Of a stretch of DNA of 38,235 nt, positions 36,225-38,235 are shown piece after piece; within the stretch, counting starts at the first letter, position 1, and every line of letters starts with the position of its first letter. The notes beneath the pieces are model-generated. The model saw only the letters and a list, made by a program, of their open reading frames with translations, was not told the origin of the DNA and made no database searches. Source of the DNA: Octopus bimaculoides (Eukaryota); assembly GCF_001194135.2 (NCBI RefSeq), contig NC_068982.1, positions 189,561,596 through 189,599,830 of the forward strand. Reading direction: 5' to 3'. The position numbers and the translations under genes are program-made.

Positions 36225-36387
36225 TTATTTATTTATATATATATATATGACAACATTTTATACACAAACTTTGGAAGCATCAAACGTGTTTGATCAGAGA
36301 AAAAGAAAGTAAATTTGAAACGCAGTGAAAACAACACAAAAAGATTGGGTATTTTAGCCTTATAAGACGGAAAGCAGTTGCCAGCAG

Positions 36388-36457
36388 ACAGCCAAGGGAC
36401 TCGAACCCACATCTTCCAGATATCAGATGAGTACTCGACGATTAAGCTAAACGGCCA
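36388..36457 (-). repeat. tRNA-like head fragment (tRNA-derived SINE head or decayed tRNA)
   Basis: Minus strand TGGCCGTTTAGCTTAATCGTCGAGTACTCATCTGATATCTGGAAGATGTGGGTTCGAGTCCC: A-box-like TAGCTTAATCG and B box GGTTCGAGTCC, but no proper anticodon or acceptor pairing. Confidence 0.5.
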
Positions 36458-37880
36458 GTTAACAACAATTACTACTTTTTCCTGTCTTGTAAGGTTGAAA
36501 TACACAATTTTTTTCTGCTGTTTCACGGCAATACTGCGTTGGAAATTTATTTTCGTGTCTGTAAAATATGTATACATTTATATGTGCATATATATGTGTG
36601 TGTGTATGTATATTTATATATATGTATGTGTGTGCGTGTGTATATATATATATGTATATATATATATACATATGTGAGTGTGTATATATATATACGCACA
36701 TACGCGCAATTATGTGAATTGTGTAAGCCATTTTTTAAAATCCATAAGTGTTATGTCTCCCGCCATAATTGCTCACTTTTCATGGATGTATATTCGCCTA
36801 TTTTCCTATTTTGATGCTAATGTATGAATCATGCGTTGATATATGTGTTTATTTATATCTATAATTCGTGTGTGTGCGTGTATTTATATCCCGATCAATT
36901 TTTGTACTCTCCGCATCACAGCTTTCTCCATTTGCTTCCAGTTGGTCTGTTTTGGCATTTTCTTCTCTTTTGTGGTTCATCTTCTCGTTCTTCTTGTTCA
37001 CTTTTTCCTTGTCGTTTTGTTCTAATAACAAGAAACAACAACAACAACAGCATTGTTGTCGATATTGTTGGGTTTTATTTGTGGTGGTGGGGGTATGTGA
37101 TAAAATGCTGTCAGAAGTAGAGTCTTAGAAGTGGATTCTACCAAGTTCAGTTGAGGCAAGAATGTTTTGCGCCCCGAACCCGACGTCTGTCAATTTTTAT
37201 GTTGCAGACGATGTCCTTTGGACACTCGAACGGCCAACCTCAATACTGGAATGGTAAAAATGGTGAGCAAACAAAAAAGAAAAAAATGAAGGTAGATTTT
37301 TAGACATTGAGAACTTATTTTTGTTTATACTTTCGATAAAATATTGTAAAATGTTTGAGACCCAGTGTGACTGACAAGGACTGATGAATCATGCAGCAGC
37401 GTCAAAACAGCGCAGTCGGCAAAATAGTTTGCAGAACAGACATTACGCTAAAGTTCTAACAGGCACACACACACACACACACACACATATAATCTACGAG
37501 CGAAGATTTTCGGAGTCGGTGTCCACTTCTGTTGCAGGCATAATGATGCCTGATGAGCTCGATTCGAGACAAACCGGCACGACCGCAGAAGCTTCGTGGG
37601 AAAGCAGGCTGATCAGATTTGGTCGTAGTTTCTTTGTTTTTTCCCTCCTTTTTCTCTAACAACTCCACGAACAACAACAATAACAACAGCAGCAGCAGTA
37701 GCAGCAGCAACAGCATCAATACAAGATAACTCTGAATATGCTCTCTACTTCATAAAACAAAAAAAATCTACAGCCTGCCTCTAGTTACCTCCTCCCACTA
37801 CTACCTCTAATGTAGTTATTAGCGTTTGTATCTTTCGAAAACGATTATCTTGTCTCACCACCTTCCCAAAGCATCGCTCC

Positions 37881-37923
<43 letters not shown>

Positions 37924-38021
37924 TTTTCTTTTTCTTTATTACATATAGACAAATATACCTGCATAATATATATGTACATTTGTTCATACATAAATATATA
38001 ATTATCTGTATATCTGTGTGT

Positions 38022-38061
<40 letters not shown>

Positions 38062-38084
38062 ACATACATACACACATATATATA

Positions 38085-38116
<32 letters not shown>

Positions 38117-38235
38117 CGTATATGTATGCATGGATATATATATATATATATAAATATAAGTATATACATATGTATGTGCATGTCTGTGTATATATAAATG
38201 CATGTATATACATCTGTATATATGTTTGCATTTAT

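Noticed and set aside
37205-37232. CAGACGA-TGTCC-TTT-GGACA hairpin resembling a hammerhead 5' half
   Set aside because: No properly placed GAAA or helix III.

Overview
AT-rich, microsatellite-dense animal genomic DNA with about 11 assembly gaps (N runs). The SINE families and simple-repeat load look like an octopod cephalopod; this is an inference. The only host coding sequence I can support is one exon, the first coding (bHLH) exon of a single-minded (Sim) bHLH-PAS gene on the + strand: ATG 30750, splice donor after 30924, splice acceptor at 30738-30739. The roughly 30 kb upstream holds no recognisable gene and looks like a regulatory desert, possibly including a long 5'-UTR intron. It is filled with tRNA-derived SINEs (at least 3 families), MITEs, an internally deleted DD36E Tc1-like element, an R4/Dong-like RLE LINE fragment and a near-intact tRNA-Glu(TTC)-like sequence. 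The best candidate for something new is a dispersed ~50-bp repeat with six copies, two of them forming a 320-bp inverted structure. Its cross-copy consensus resembles a Penelope-type minimal hammerhead ribozyme with a palindromic helix III that covaries between copies. Most ORFs in the supplied track are artefacts of microsatellites or N runs. There are no CRISPR, rRNA or prokaryotic features, and I cannot claim a complete new biological system from this window alone.
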